A stretch of DNA of 64,000 bases, from positions 1,984,001 to 2,048,000 of the forward strand of contig CAXXWQ010000004.1 in the NCBI GenBank assembly GCA_963674945.2, read 5' to 3'. The position numbers were made by a program, and so were the translations under genes. The notes beneath the pieces are model-generated. The model searched no databases, was not told the DNA's origin, and saw only the letters and a list, made by a program, of their open reading frames with translations. Below, piece after piece: positions 1-8,992 of this stretch; positions within the stretch are counted from its first letter, which is position 1; the number at the start of each line of letters is the position of its first letter. The DNA is from an uncultured Desulfosarcina sp. (GTDB lineage Bacteria > Desulfobacterota > Desulfobacteria > Desulfobacterales > Desulfosarcinaceae).

Positions 1-249
1 GCCTTCAAGACCCGTCACTACCCCGGAGCCCTCGTGGACTGTTTGAAGATTTTCCAGAAGAACAATCTCAACCTCACCAAGCTGGAATCCAGACCCATTC
101 CGGAGAATCCCTGGGAGTACATCTTCTATGCAGCCTTCGAAGCCGGCATCGATACCGATGAGGCCAAAGCTGCCATCGGTGAGCTGACGGTGCACGCCGT
201 CTTCGTCAAGCTGCTTGGCAGTTATCCCATCGCGGACAAGTGCTGGTAA
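1..249 (+). CDS. pheA: Prephenate dehydratase, C-terminal ACT domain (5'-truncated by window edge)
   Basis: Frame open from base 1: AFKTRHYPGALVDCLKIF...NLTKLESRP...WEYIFY...VKLLGSYP, the PDT ACT-domain signature. Confidence 0.9.
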   Translation, partial: AFKTRHYPGALVDCLKIFQKNNLNLTKLESRPIPENPWEYIFYAAFEAGIDTDEAKAAIGELTVHAVFVKLLGSYPIADKCW

Positions 250-253
250 GATC

Positions 254-832
254 ATGACCCTGTTCAACATCCTTTTCATCGCCATCGCCCTTGCCATGGA
301 TGCCTTCGCCGTTTCCATCGCCGCCGGCGTGACCCTGAAATCTGTGGGCCCGCGCCAGACATTCCGCCTGGCATGGCACTTCGGCCTGTTCCAGGCCATG
401 ATGCCCGTCATCGGCTGGAGTGCCGGATTGACGGTGCGGAGCCATATCGAGGCCTACGATCACTGGATCGCCTTTTTGCTTCTCGCCTACGTGGCACAGG
501 GAATGCTCCGCTCGGCATTCAAGGGAGAAACAAACGAAGAGGCCGCCAAGGACCCCACCCGGGGCATGACCATGGTGCTGCTCTCCATCGCCACCAGCAT
601 CGACGCCCTGGCCGTGGGTTTGAGTCTTTCCATGATCAACATCTCCATCTGGACCCCGGCACTGATCATCGGACTTGTGGCCGGCGCCTTCACCGCAGTC
701 GGGATACATCTGGGTAAAATGGTAGGCCGGATGCCGCAGTTGAGCCGATGGGCCGAAACCACGGGGGGCGTCGTCCTTCTTCTCATCGGAGTGAATATAT
801 TGCGGGAACATGGTGCGCTTGCATGTTTCTGA
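254..832 (+). CDS. mntP: Manganese efflux pump MntP (DUF204 family)
   Basis: IALAMDAFAVS, FGLFQAMMP and ATSIDALAVG motifs; about 6 TM segments; ATG 4 nt after the pheA stop. Confidence 0.9.
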   Translation: MTLFNILFIAIALAMDAFAVSIAAGVTLKSVGPRQTFRLAWHFGLFQAMMPVIGWSAGLTVRSHIEAYDHWIAFLLLAYVAQGMLRSAFKGETNEEAAKDPTRGMTMVLLSIATSIDALAVGLSLSMINISIWTPALIIGLVAGAFTAVGIHLGKMVGRMPQLSRWAETTGGVVLLLIGVNILREHGALACF

Positions 833-883
833 CGATTGTCCATACATAAACCAAAAGACAAAACAAGAAACAGAAAAAAAAGA

Positions 884-1257
884 AAAGGGGTCAAGTCTGC
901 TTTTGGCTTTTATTTCATCTTTTGTTATGAATATAGATTATGTCTCGACCTCTACGGATCAAATTTCCAGATGCCTGGTATCACGTAATGAACCGCAGCA
1001 GGCGAGGTGAAGTGGTCTATCATGACAAGGATGATTATCATGCGTTTATCCAGCTGCTGATCGAATCAACGGAGATGTGGAAAGGCACGACACTCTCAAA
1101 GACATCGCAAGCCAGTTCCAGATGGAAAAATACAGTTCGGCAGGCAGTACCATGGAACGAATCAAAAACCTGAAAAAAACCAAGGTGGAACTCAACCAGC
1201 GAATCGATTTTTTGATCGATATTATCATCAAAAGCCAAAAGCAGACTTGACCCCTTT
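884..1257 (+). mobile_element. Non-autonomous element: internally deleted RAYT-like (Y1 HUH) transposase between perfect 27-bp terminal inverted repeats
   Basis: 884-910 AAAGGGGTCAAGTCTGCTTTTGGCTTT is the exact reverse complement of 1231-1257; transposase remnants lie between them. Confidence 0.85.
940..1250 (+). pseudogene. REP-associated tyrosine transposase remnant (N-terminus joined out of frame to the C-terminal HTH tail)
   Basis: 940-1082 MSRPLRIKFPDAWYHVMNR...VYHDKDDY..FI is a RAYT-type N-terminus; 1083-1250 in another frame reads RHDTLKDIASQFQMEKYSSAGSTMERIK...KSQKQT*, an HTH-like tail; the HUH and Tyr core is missing. Confidence 0.8.
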
Positions 1258-1272
1258 GTTCTTTGTCTTTGC

Positions 1273-2607
1273 TTACCGATCAAAAGCAAGCCGCCTGCCG
1301 GTGGGCTGCGGATCGATACGACCATCCAGATAGGCCGGATGACCGTTTACGAAGGTGGCGACGACGGTGGACCGAAAACTTCGGCCGGCAAAGGGTGTCC
1401 ACCCGCACCGGTAATAGACCGGTTGTTCGTCAACATGCTGTCCGCGATGCAGATCCACCAGTACAAGATCCGCCCAATACCCCTCCCGTATGTATCCCCG
1501 CTCCTTCACGTCGAAAAGCCGCGCTGGATTGTGCGCGGTCAACTGGACCACCTGTTCCACGGTGAGCCTCTTGTCATGGACCTGTTCCAGCAGGCTGACA
1601 AGGGCATGCTGCACCAACGGCAGTCCGGATGGGGCCTCGGTGTAGTTCAGGTGCTTCTCCACCAGGGTATGGGGGGCATGGTCCGTCCCCACCACATCGA
1701 TGCGTCCATCTGCGATAGCTGCCAGAAGCTGCCGTCGGTCCTCTTCTGTTTTAATGGCCGGATTGCATTTGATGAGGGTCTGTTTTTCCCCGTAATCGGT
1801 ATCCGCGAAATAAAGATGATGAACACATGCCTCTGCGGTAATTTGTTTCTCGTGAGCGGGTTTGGCGGAAAAAAATTCCAACTCTCTGGCAGTGCTCAGG
1901 TGAAGCACATGAAGCCGGGTGTTGCACCGACGGGCCAGGGAAACGGCAAGCGAGGTGGATCGATAGCAGGCCTCCTCGCTTCGAATCACAGGATGCAATG
2001 CCATGGGAATGTCGTCGCCGTGGATCGCCCGATACTGCTGTGTGTTGGCCTCGATGGTGGGGGTGTCTTCGCAGTGAGTGGCCACGAGCGTCGGACTATG
2101 GGTAAAGATCTGCTCCAGTGCAACCGGATCATCCACGAGCATGTTGCCTGTGGAGGCCCCCATGAATACCTTCACCCCACACGCCGCCTTGGGATCCAGT
2201 CGCTTGATCTGTTCGATGTTGTCGTTGGCACCGCCCAGGTAGAAACTGTAGTTTGCAAAGGAGGTTTCGCCGGCGATGCGGTGTTTCTCCTCGAGGCGGC
2301 CGATGGTTGTGGTGGGTGGAGAGGTGTTGGGCATCTCCATGAAACTGGTGATGCCGCCGGCCACCGCCGCACGGGATTCAGAACCGATGTCTGCCTTGTG
2401 GGTCAGGCCCGGCTCTCTGAAATGGACCTGGTCGTCGATCATCCCCGGAAGGAGCAATCGGCCAGTAGCGTCGATGACCCGCTTTGCCCCTTCGGTGGGC
2501 AGGGTACTGCCCATGGCATCGATACGGCCATCTCGTATTCGGATATCCATGTGGGCCGATCGCCCTTCGTTTATCGTCAGTGCATTTGTAATCACAATCG
2601 TGGTCAT
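1273..2607 (-). CDS. pyrC: Dihydroorotase (multifunctional-complex type)
   Basis: IDDQVHFREPG, FMEMPNT, KCNPAIK, GTDHAPH amidohydrolase motifs; ATG at 2607 with GGAG RBS. Confidence 0.9.
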   Translation of the reverse strand: MTTIVITNALTINEGRSAHMDIRIRDGRIDAMGSTLPTEGAKRVIDATGRLLLPGMIDDQVHFREPGLTHKADIGSESRAAVAGGITSFMEMPNTSPPTTTIGRLEEKHRIAGETSFANYSFYLGGANDNIEQIKRLDPKAACGVKVFMGASTGNMLVDDPVALEQIFTHSPTLVATHCEDTPTIEANTQQYRAIHGDDIPMALHPVIRSEEACYRSTSLAVSLARRCNTRLHVLHLSTARELEFFSAKPAHEKQITAEACVHHLYFADTDYGEKQTLIKCNPAIKTEEDRRQLLAAIADGRIDVVGTDHAPHTLVEKHLNYTEAPSGLPLVQHALVSLLEQVHDKRLTVEQVVQLTAHNPARLFDVKERGYIREGYWADLVLVDLHRGQHVDEQPVYYRCGWTPFAGRSFRSTVVATFVNGHPAYLDGRIDPQPTGRRLAFDR

Positions 2608-2839
2608 GGCCACTCCCCAAATAAAATCGGTGGTTTCCAGCCACTTTTGGGGTTACCCTATTTTTCCCGAGGACAATCGAAAGGAATCGGTACAGGAAAT
2701 CACCAAAGCGGCCGATAAGGTATTTCGAAACAATGATTACAGATCCTATACATGGACACCAATATCGTCAAATGGTTAACATCACGAAGGGTTGATTGCG
2801 TACCGCGCCGATTGTCAACAAAAAGCTAACTATACGAAG

Positions 2840-5158
2840 ATGTTTGAATTTTTCAAATTCCAACCCAGACTGCCCGGACTCAAAAATTTTCCCCTGGAGT
2901 CCTATTCCACCGATTTTTCCATAGATCGTCTGGTACGAGGGGTTGACAATATCCGTCACGACGTGCGCCTGAGCCCAACGTTCTGCTCGTCCACTGCCAA
3001 ACTCGCCGCTTTGCTTATCGAACAGGAAACCGGCATTTGGACCGGCCCGGAACACAAGCGTTTGAACGCGTTAACCATAGAGCAGGAAAGTTACCGCGAG
3101 CGCTATGGCCAAATCATGAATGACGCGGTGAACAAGGCCAGGGCCGCCAAAGAGATGCAGGTCGACTTCCTCGCACAGATCGCCATCCTCACAATGGTGC
3201 ACGAGGAGATACGGCGTCAATACGACGGCCTGATCAGCCATTGTAAAACCGCAATTCGAAAATTTGACCTCGCCCACCACGATGACCACATGGCGGCCCA
3301 TAAACTCAAGGAAAATCTGGCACATGTCCTCCAAAGCAGGGAATCGGTACAGCGAAAGGTTGGCCTGAAACTTTGTGAATACTTCCGGGAGGTTAGAGAG
3401 ACGGATGTCCGTGAAATGCGCGAAGCCGTTTTCGGCCAGGATCTGCCATTTCTCTTCGATCTCCTCAGCAACCCCATCATTCACATGGACAACCCGTTCA
3501 ACGACCACTTCATGATCGAGGAGTACGACCTGTGCATGGGACGCCGGATCGATGATCCCGATCATTATGAAATCCTGCTCAACCTGTTGCGCAATATCTT
3601 CGCCTTTTTGGACATGGAGGAAACGGCGGCCATTAGTTGGTCCCTGGATCGACGGCGCAGGGAAATGCTGGCAAGTTCGTTACAGCAAGACGACAGCGCC
3701 AAACATTTCCGGTTGGATCGTCTTGACCAATGGATCAAGCGTCCGGAAAATATCGATCTGTTGCTCAACAGAGACCTTTGTCGAAAACAATACAAGGCCT
3801 TGAAGCGGGAAAAAGCCGACAAAGAAACCCTTCGCACCTATCGCCTTCGCAGGAAGCATCAACGCCTTCTATTGGGATATTTTCTCCGGCAATTTTCACG
3901 AACGGGTCTCATGGAGCGGATAACGGCATCCTATGAAATGCAGCCTTTGTATCGCGAGTTCTGTCCACCCCTGATCCCCCAGCAAGTTCTGCAATACCTG
4001 GTCAGCCCCAAAGATCGGAAACTGATCAAAAAACGTCTCAAGCGCCTGAAACGGCTCTACGGAAAGACATTTCGACTCCGGCCCCTCAACCGCAAGGTGG
4101 TCCAGTTGGAACGAATGGGGACGCGCCGAAAAAAGGCATACCTGATGCGGTTTCTGCATTCATTTTGCAGGTTTCACCGAGATTTCTTCTGCTACACGGT
4201 CTATCAAAAAGCGGCGGAACGAATCAATCTGGTTACCGATAAAAAGATCCTCGCGCTCTCCAAGGCAAACCACACGCTCTACGAATTTCTGTTGCCCCAC
4301 GAACAGGAGATGGTCGAAAAACCCATCATGAACCACACCATTATCAAGGCGGATCTCCGCGGGTCCACGGATATCACGCACCAGATGAATGCACGTGGTC
4401 TCAATTCCGCCACCTACTTCAGCCTCAATTTCTTCGATCCCATTACCGAGATCCTGTCCGAATATGGCGCCCACAAGGTATTCATCGAAGGGGACGCCAT
4501 CATCTTGTCCATCTTCGAACAGGAAGATACACCCGATGGCTGGTACAGCGTGGCCCGTGCCTGCGGAATGGCCATCAACATGCTGATGATCATCAACCGC
4601 TATAACCAAAAGAGTCAGGAGTACCAATTGCCCATACTGGAATTGGGCATCGGCATCTGCCACCGCGCCGACGCCCCCACCTTTCTCTTCGATGGGGACA
4701 ATCGGATCATGATCTCCCCGGCCATCAATCTGGCGGATCGCATGTCCGGATGCAACAAATCGGTACGCCATATCATCCGAAAAAACACCAGCCCATTCAA
4801 CCTATTCGTTTTTCAGGGCGCCTCGGACGAGGAATTGGCCAAAACCGCAGACGACCTCTTCTTGCGATACAATGTCAACGGCATCCAGTTGAACGAGGCG
4901 GGCTTTCGCAAATTGAGACAGGAGATCGATTTAAAGCCTTTCTATGGTGACATTCCGGACCTCAGACTGAAAAAGGTTCGATTGTTTACTGGAAAATTCC
5001 CAACGAAATCTCTTCGTTATCAACGACTCGTCATACGGGAAGCGAAAATTCCCATCGTCGATCCCCAAAACCTCAATCAGCGCCGTGCCACCAACCGAAA
5101 ATACTACGAGGTGTGCACAAGCCCGACATTGTATAAAGCCACGGCACACCTCATTTAG
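2840..5158 (+). CDS. Large protein with C-terminal class III nucleotidyl cyclase-like domain and an unrecognised N-terminal region
   Basis: KADLRGST, FIEGDAII, LELGIGI and AINLADRMS match the class III cyclase metal-binding Asp pair and the N-x-x-x-R catalytic motif. Confidence 0.75.
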   Translation: MFEFFKFQPRLPGLKNFPLESYSTDFSIDRLVRGVDNIRHDVRLSPTFCSSTAKLAALLIEQETGIWTGPEHKRLNALTIEQESYRERYGQIMNDAVNKARAAKEMQVDFLAQIAILTMVHEEIRRQYDGLISHCKTAIRKFDLAHHDDHMAAHKLKENLAHVLQSRESVQRKVGLKLCEYFREVRETDVREMREAVFGQDLPFLFDLLSNPIIHMDNPFNDHFMIEEYDLCMGRRIDDPDHYEILLNLLRNIFAFLDMEETAAISWSLDRRRREMLASSLQQDDSAKHFRLDRLDQWIKRPENIDLLLNRDLCRKQYKALKREKADKETLRTYRLRRKHQRLLLGYFLRQFSRTGLMERITASYEMQPLYREFCPPLIPQQVLQYLVSPKDRKLIKKRLKRLKRLYGKTFRLRPLNRKVVQLERMGTRRKKAYLMRFLHSFCRFHRDFFCYTVYQKAAERINLVTDKKILALSKANHTLYEFLLPHEQEMVEKPIMNHTIIKADLRGSTDITHQMNARGLNSATYFSLNFFDPITEILSEYGAHKVFIEGDAIILSIFEQEDTPDGWYSVARACGMAINMLMIINRYNQKSQEYQLPILELGIGICHRADAPTFLFDGDNRIMISPAINLADRMSGCNKSVRHIIRKNTSPFNLFVFQGASDEELAKTADDLFLRYNVNGIQLNEAGFRKLRQEIDLKPFYGDIPDLRLKKVRLFTGKFPTKSLRYQRLVIREAKIPIVDPQNLNQRRATNRKYYEVCTSPTLYKATAHLI

Positions 5159-5160
5159 TC

Positions 5161-5580
5161 CTATGCAATGCTGGGATAAAGGTGCAACAACCGGTTGCCG
5201 AGCATCGTCGCCAAACGCTGGAACAAGGTTGTCCCTTCGGACGGATTCGCTTCGATAATTTTTAGGAAACCATCCTTGTCCAAACGACTCACAATGGTGG
5301 GTTCGAGGCAGGTGGCCGTTGCGGACATCACGTCGCGTCCAATGAGGCTGGACCAGCCGATGACCTCTCCCGGCTGATAGGCCACATATACCTCGCGGGA
5401 TTTTTCTCCCAATGTGAGTTTAATGCGCCCCTTCACCAGGATATAGAAGGCGTTGGCCGGATCTCCCTCCTTGAAAACAGCCTTTCCCTCTTCGAGGTTC
5501 TCCTTGGTGCTGAGTTCCATGGCCGATTTGACGAAATCCTTGTCCATCCCCCAAAACAAATCTCCTTGCTTAAGATACAT
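5161..5580 (-). CDS. Stand-alone cyclic nucleotide-binding domain protein
   Basis: VFKEGDPANAFYILVKGRIKL...PGEVIGWSSL...SATATCLEPT; no HTH; ATG 5580 preceded by AGGAGG. Confidence 0.85.
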   Translation of the reverse strand: MYLKQGDLFWGMDKDFVKSAMELSTKENLEEGKAVFKEGDPANAFYILVKGRIKLTLGEKSREVYVAYQPGEVIGWSSLIGRDVMSATATCLEPTIVSRLDKDGFLKIIEANPSEGTTLFQRLATMLGNRLLHLYPSIA

Positions 5581-6128
5581 GGATGGCCTCCTTTCTAAGT
5601 GATTTATTGCAAAGCATCCATCGACAACCACGTATGGTTTGTACGGGAAGAGGCGCCATTGGTCAGAGGAAATCTCGAATTGAAAAAAAACAGGAGGTTG
5701 CCGGTCCTTCGGCGACATTCGGAAAAGAAAGTGGCAACATGAAACCAGACGCACGGGGAAGAAGGGGACTTCAAGATCAAGAATTTCGGATGGAACATCC
5801 CAAGTGGTCAGATCGAAACGCCCTTACCGTGACATTGGGTCGTCTATGAAATAAATTATAGTCGTCGAAAGGCAAAAGGGTCAATTGAAAAGGAAGAGGG
5901 AGATGAAAAATTTCAGAAATTGCCTTTCTCCCACTGGATTGGGTATGATATTACATCGGCAATTGAATGGCGTATTATTTTCTGCGCCATATTACCATAA
6001 ACCCCATACACCATATTTTGGAGAAAAGAATTGTGGTTGGCACCTGCACCATTTGATTACCGGTTTAAATCGAAGAGTCCTTGGCACCTGTGAAACCAAA
6101 TCAGGCAATCTCCGGTCGATTTATGATT

Positions 6129-6253
6129 GACGGCTTCGCAAAAAGTCCGATATCGGCGTTACGCTTCACCCCTCGTCACTGCGACGTATCAATACATACG
6201 CCTCATTTCTCGGGGTTCGCAAGCCTTGATCTCGAACTTTTTACGAAGCCGTC
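6129..6253 (+). repeat. ~125-bp palindromic MITE/REP-like element, copy 1
   Basis: Ends GACGGCTTCGCAAAAAGT ... ACTTTTTACGAAGCCGTC; near-identical to 55336-55460. Confidence 0.9.
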
Positions 6254-6280
6254 CGAAATTCGGCTTGTTACGAGCTCATC

Positions 6281-7435
6281 ATGATTACCAGTGAAAACAG
6301 CATTAAAATTCAGTACTTTCTCTATTTCGGCACCATGGGTGTCTTCCTTCCCTATTTCAACCTGTACTGCCTCGACATTGGTTTCACGGGTTTTCAGATC
6401 GGTAGCCTCTCGGCGGTTCGTTCGGTCGTGTTGATTCTCTTTTCAATCTTTTGGAGTGTTTTGGCCGATCGAAAAGGCATACGTCGTCCCATCTACATTC
6501 TTTGCAGTTTTGCCAGCACATTGCTTTGGGTGCTGTTTCTTCTCACATCTGATTTTCGCTTAATGCTCGCCATAACCTTCTTCTATGGTGCGTTTTATTC
6601 TCCGATTATCTCCTTTTTGGAAGCATTCTCCATGGATGTTCTGGGAAAGACCAAACGGCGATACGGCAAAACGCGAGCATGGGGATCGGTTGCATTTATC
6701 TCGGTGGTCCTGACTGTGGGAAAGATGATCGACCGCTTTGAAGTTCGCATCATCCTCTATCTCGTACTGGCGATTTCGGCAGCGCATGCCATCACAACCA
6801 TTACAATACCGAAAATCAGATCCCATTACCCCAAGCAACCCCATGACCGGGGCTGGCTCTTTTCAGGAAATACGATTGTGTTTCTGTTCAGTGCCTTCCT
6901 CATGCTGGTGAGTCATGGCGCTTATTATGGATTTTTCTCTATCCATCTTTCTCAATATGGGTTGGGCGGAGGCTTCATCGGCCTGTCCTGGGCGCTGGCA
7001 TCCACGGCAGAGGTGGTGGTGATGATCAACTCACCCCGGCTTTTCAATCGTTTTTCCTTCAAACAGGTACTTGCCGCTTCATTTGGCGTTGCCACGGTTC
7101 GATGGCTGCTTTTATACTTCTCTCAGTCCGCCGTTGTCATTATGGCCAGCCAACTGCTACATGCCGTAACTTACGGTGCCTTTCACATGGCCGGAATTCT
7201 TTACATGGACCAACTCTCTCCGGCTTCTGAAAAAACCTTGGGGCAAGCGGTCAATAACGCGGTCACCTATGGATTGGGCCTCACCGTTGGTTTTTTTGCG
7301 AGCGGCGCTTTATTCAAAGCGGGAAATACAGAAAACCTGTTTCTGTACAGTGCCGGCGTGTCCATGCTCGGAGGATTGCTGTTTTTCGGGACCCATTGGC
7401 TGGTGCTACGAAAAAAAGCATCTTCTGCCAATTAG
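6281..7435 (+). CDS. MFS transporter (HcaT/MFS_1-like)
   Basis: About 12 TM segments; YFLYFGTMGVFLPY, LADRKG, YGKTRAWGS, SQLLHAVTYG. Confidence 0.85.
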   Translation: MITSENSIKIQYFLYFGTMGVFLPYFNLYCLDIGFTGFQIGSLSAVRSVVLILFSIFWSVLADRKGIRRPIYILCSFASTLLWVLFLLTSDFRLMLAITFFYGAFYSPIISFLEAFSMDVLGKTKRRYGKTRAWGSVAFISVVLTVGKMIDRFEVRIILYLVLAISAAHAITTITIPKIRSHYPKQPHDRGWLFSGNTIVFLFSAFLMLVSHGAYYGFFSIHLSQYGLGGGFIGLSWALASTAEVVVMINSPRLFNRFSFKQVLAASFGVATVRWLLLYFSQSAVVIMASQLLHAVTYGAFHMAGILYMDQLSPASEKTLGQAVNNAVTYGLGLTVGFFASGALFKAGNTENLFLYSAGVSMLGGLLFFGTHWLVLRKKASSAN

Positions 7436-7440
7436 ACGAA

Positions 7441-8202
7441 TCATGGGTAATCCTGACGCGTAGGACGGACAACGATGTCACTTATATGCACATGGGGCGG
7501 TTGCGTGACAATATGAAGTATCGCATCTGCAATGTCATCTCCAATCAGCAATGGGCCAAATTTTTTATGAAAGGCATTAACCATTTCGTCACTGTAACCG
7601 GCTGTCTCCTGAAACCCGCTTTGTACGATCCCCGGCGCAACGAGTGAAACGCGAACTCCTTTTGGGCCGAGTTCTCGCCGAAGACCTTCTGCCAGCGCAT
7701 GTACAGCAAATTTCGTAGCCCCGTATACTGCGCTGACCGGAGAAACATGTCGTCCGACAACCGATCCGATGATGACGATATCGGCCGCCGATTCGGGATA
7801 GGTGTTTTGTTGAAGCGCCACCATTTTCCTTGCCGCTTCTTGAATTAGAGCGAGCGCGCCGCTAACATTGATTTTTAATACTTCCTCAAACTGCTTTGCA
7901 TCGGCGTTTCTCACCGAACCGCCCAAACCTCTTCCCGCGTTGGCAACGACGATATCGGCCTCCTTTCCAAAGTGTTCCTTTGCCAAGGCAAAAAGTTGTT
8001 TCAATACAACAGTGTCGGCAGCATCCCCCGTGACACTGCAAAATGCATGACCGATTTCATTTTCAAGTGCGGCCAGTTTCTCAGCGTTTCGCCCATTTCC
8101 GACGACGCCAAAACCGGCAGCGACAAATTTTCTCATCGTTGCTTCACCAATACCGGAGGTAGTGCCGGTTATTATGGCAATCCGCTTACATTTGGTAGAC
8201 AT
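7441..8202 (-). CDS. SDR-family NAD(P)-dependent oxidoreductase
   Basis: TGTTSGIG, ANAG, YGATK catalytic motif; ATG 8202 with AGGAGG RBS. Confidence 0.9.
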   Translation of the reverse strand: MSTKCKRIAIITGTTSGIGEATMRKFVAAGFGVVGNGRNAEKLAALENEIGHAFCSVTGDAADTVVLKQLFALAKEHFGKEADIVVANAGRGLGGSVRNADAKQFEEVLKINVSGALALIQEAARKMVALQQNTYPESAADIVIIGSVVGRHVSPVSAVYGATKFAVHALAEGLRRELGPKGVRVSLVAPGIVQSGFQETAGYSDEMVNAFHKKFGPLLIGDDIADAILHIVTQPPHVHISDIVVRPTRQDYP

Positions 8203-8408
8203 ACGATGTTCCCTCCTTGGAAAAAGATTGTTCGGCCAGATGCGAAGCCCAAACAATTGGCTGTTTGCACAGACAGCCCAATTGTTCCCGGGACAATGAT
8301 GAAAAACCATTCGTTTTGTTCTATTTTAACAAAAAATTGCCCATTTTCAATCCAAGAAACGCATCCCATCGTGACGGCCCCATGATACCACAACGTGGCA
8401 ATTTTTTC

Positions 8409-8437
8409 TTGACAACACATGCCTTATTGATTATTGT
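8409..8437 (+). promoter_or_regulatory. Putative sigma70 promoter upstream of hisE
   Basis: TTGACA-N17-TATTGT; a second candidate TTGCCA-N17-TATTAA lies at 8551-8579. Confidence 0.4.
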
Positions 8438-8636
8438 TACACGCATACCCCACAAGCAGTACTCAATCCTTCTACCCTAGGCGACCCTGCCATATCACCC
8501 CACAACGGCAGGGTCGCCCTCCTTACCTTGACCAAGGCAAAAGCGGCACGTTGCCAGTTGCCGTCTTTTCTGGTATTAAAGCCAAAAAATCAAAAAACCG
8601 CGATACCAAACAGGTCGAGGGGTAACTTTTAGCCCG

Positions 8637-8900
8637 ATGAAGTCATTCGAAACACTATTTGCAGAACTCAAGGAAAAGGCCGTACGAAAGGATCCGGCGT
8701 CGGGAACGGTGCGGCAGTTGGAAAAAGGGATACACGCCATTGGCAAAAAAGTCATTGAAGAGGCCTGCGAGGTTTGGATGGCCGCCGAATACCAGGGAAA
8801 GGAACATACCGCGGTTGAAATTTCCCAACTGCTCTATCACATTCAGGTGATGATGATCGCCTGCGAATTGGACCTCGAGGACATCTACCGCCATCTGTAA
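8637..8900 (+). CDS. hisE: Phosphoribosyl-ATP diphosphatase
   Basis: [18 protein letters not shown]...EISQLLYH motif, 87 aa. Confidence 0.92.
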   Translation: MKSFETLFAELKEKAVRKDPASGTVRQLEKGIHAIGKKVIEEACEVWMAAEYQGKEHTAVEISQLLYHIQVMMIACELDLEDIYRHL

Positions 8901-8992
8901 CCAGCAGTCAGACTCCATTGACCACTCACACGCCACTAATATTTCAACATTATCATAAGCCCCTTCGGTAAATAAAAGATGAAAGGGATTTT

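Noticed and set aside
1339..2718. Long 459-aa plus-strand ORF and many similar antisense ORFs (e.g. 15996-17120, 29904-30950, 52472-53437)
   Set aside because: They are antisense shadows of well-supported genes, expected with GC-rich codon usage, and carry no recognisable motifs
2691..2718. Possible sigma28 promoter (TACAG-N15-GCCGATAA) upstream of the cyclase-like gene
   Set aside because: The -10 is perfect but the -35 is mismatched and spacing is off by one; too weak to call
5874..5884. AAAAGGGTCAA resembling the RAYT element end
   Set aside because: Short partial match with no partner repeat; likely chance
6081..6284. Small ORFs containing GFAKSPISALRFTPRHCDV (also 55108-55575 and 55143-55376)
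   Set aside because: They are translations of the 125-bp repeat, not independent genes
8440..8636. His attenuator leader peptide upstream of hisE
   Set aside because: No ATG-initiated His-rich peptide and no clear terminator
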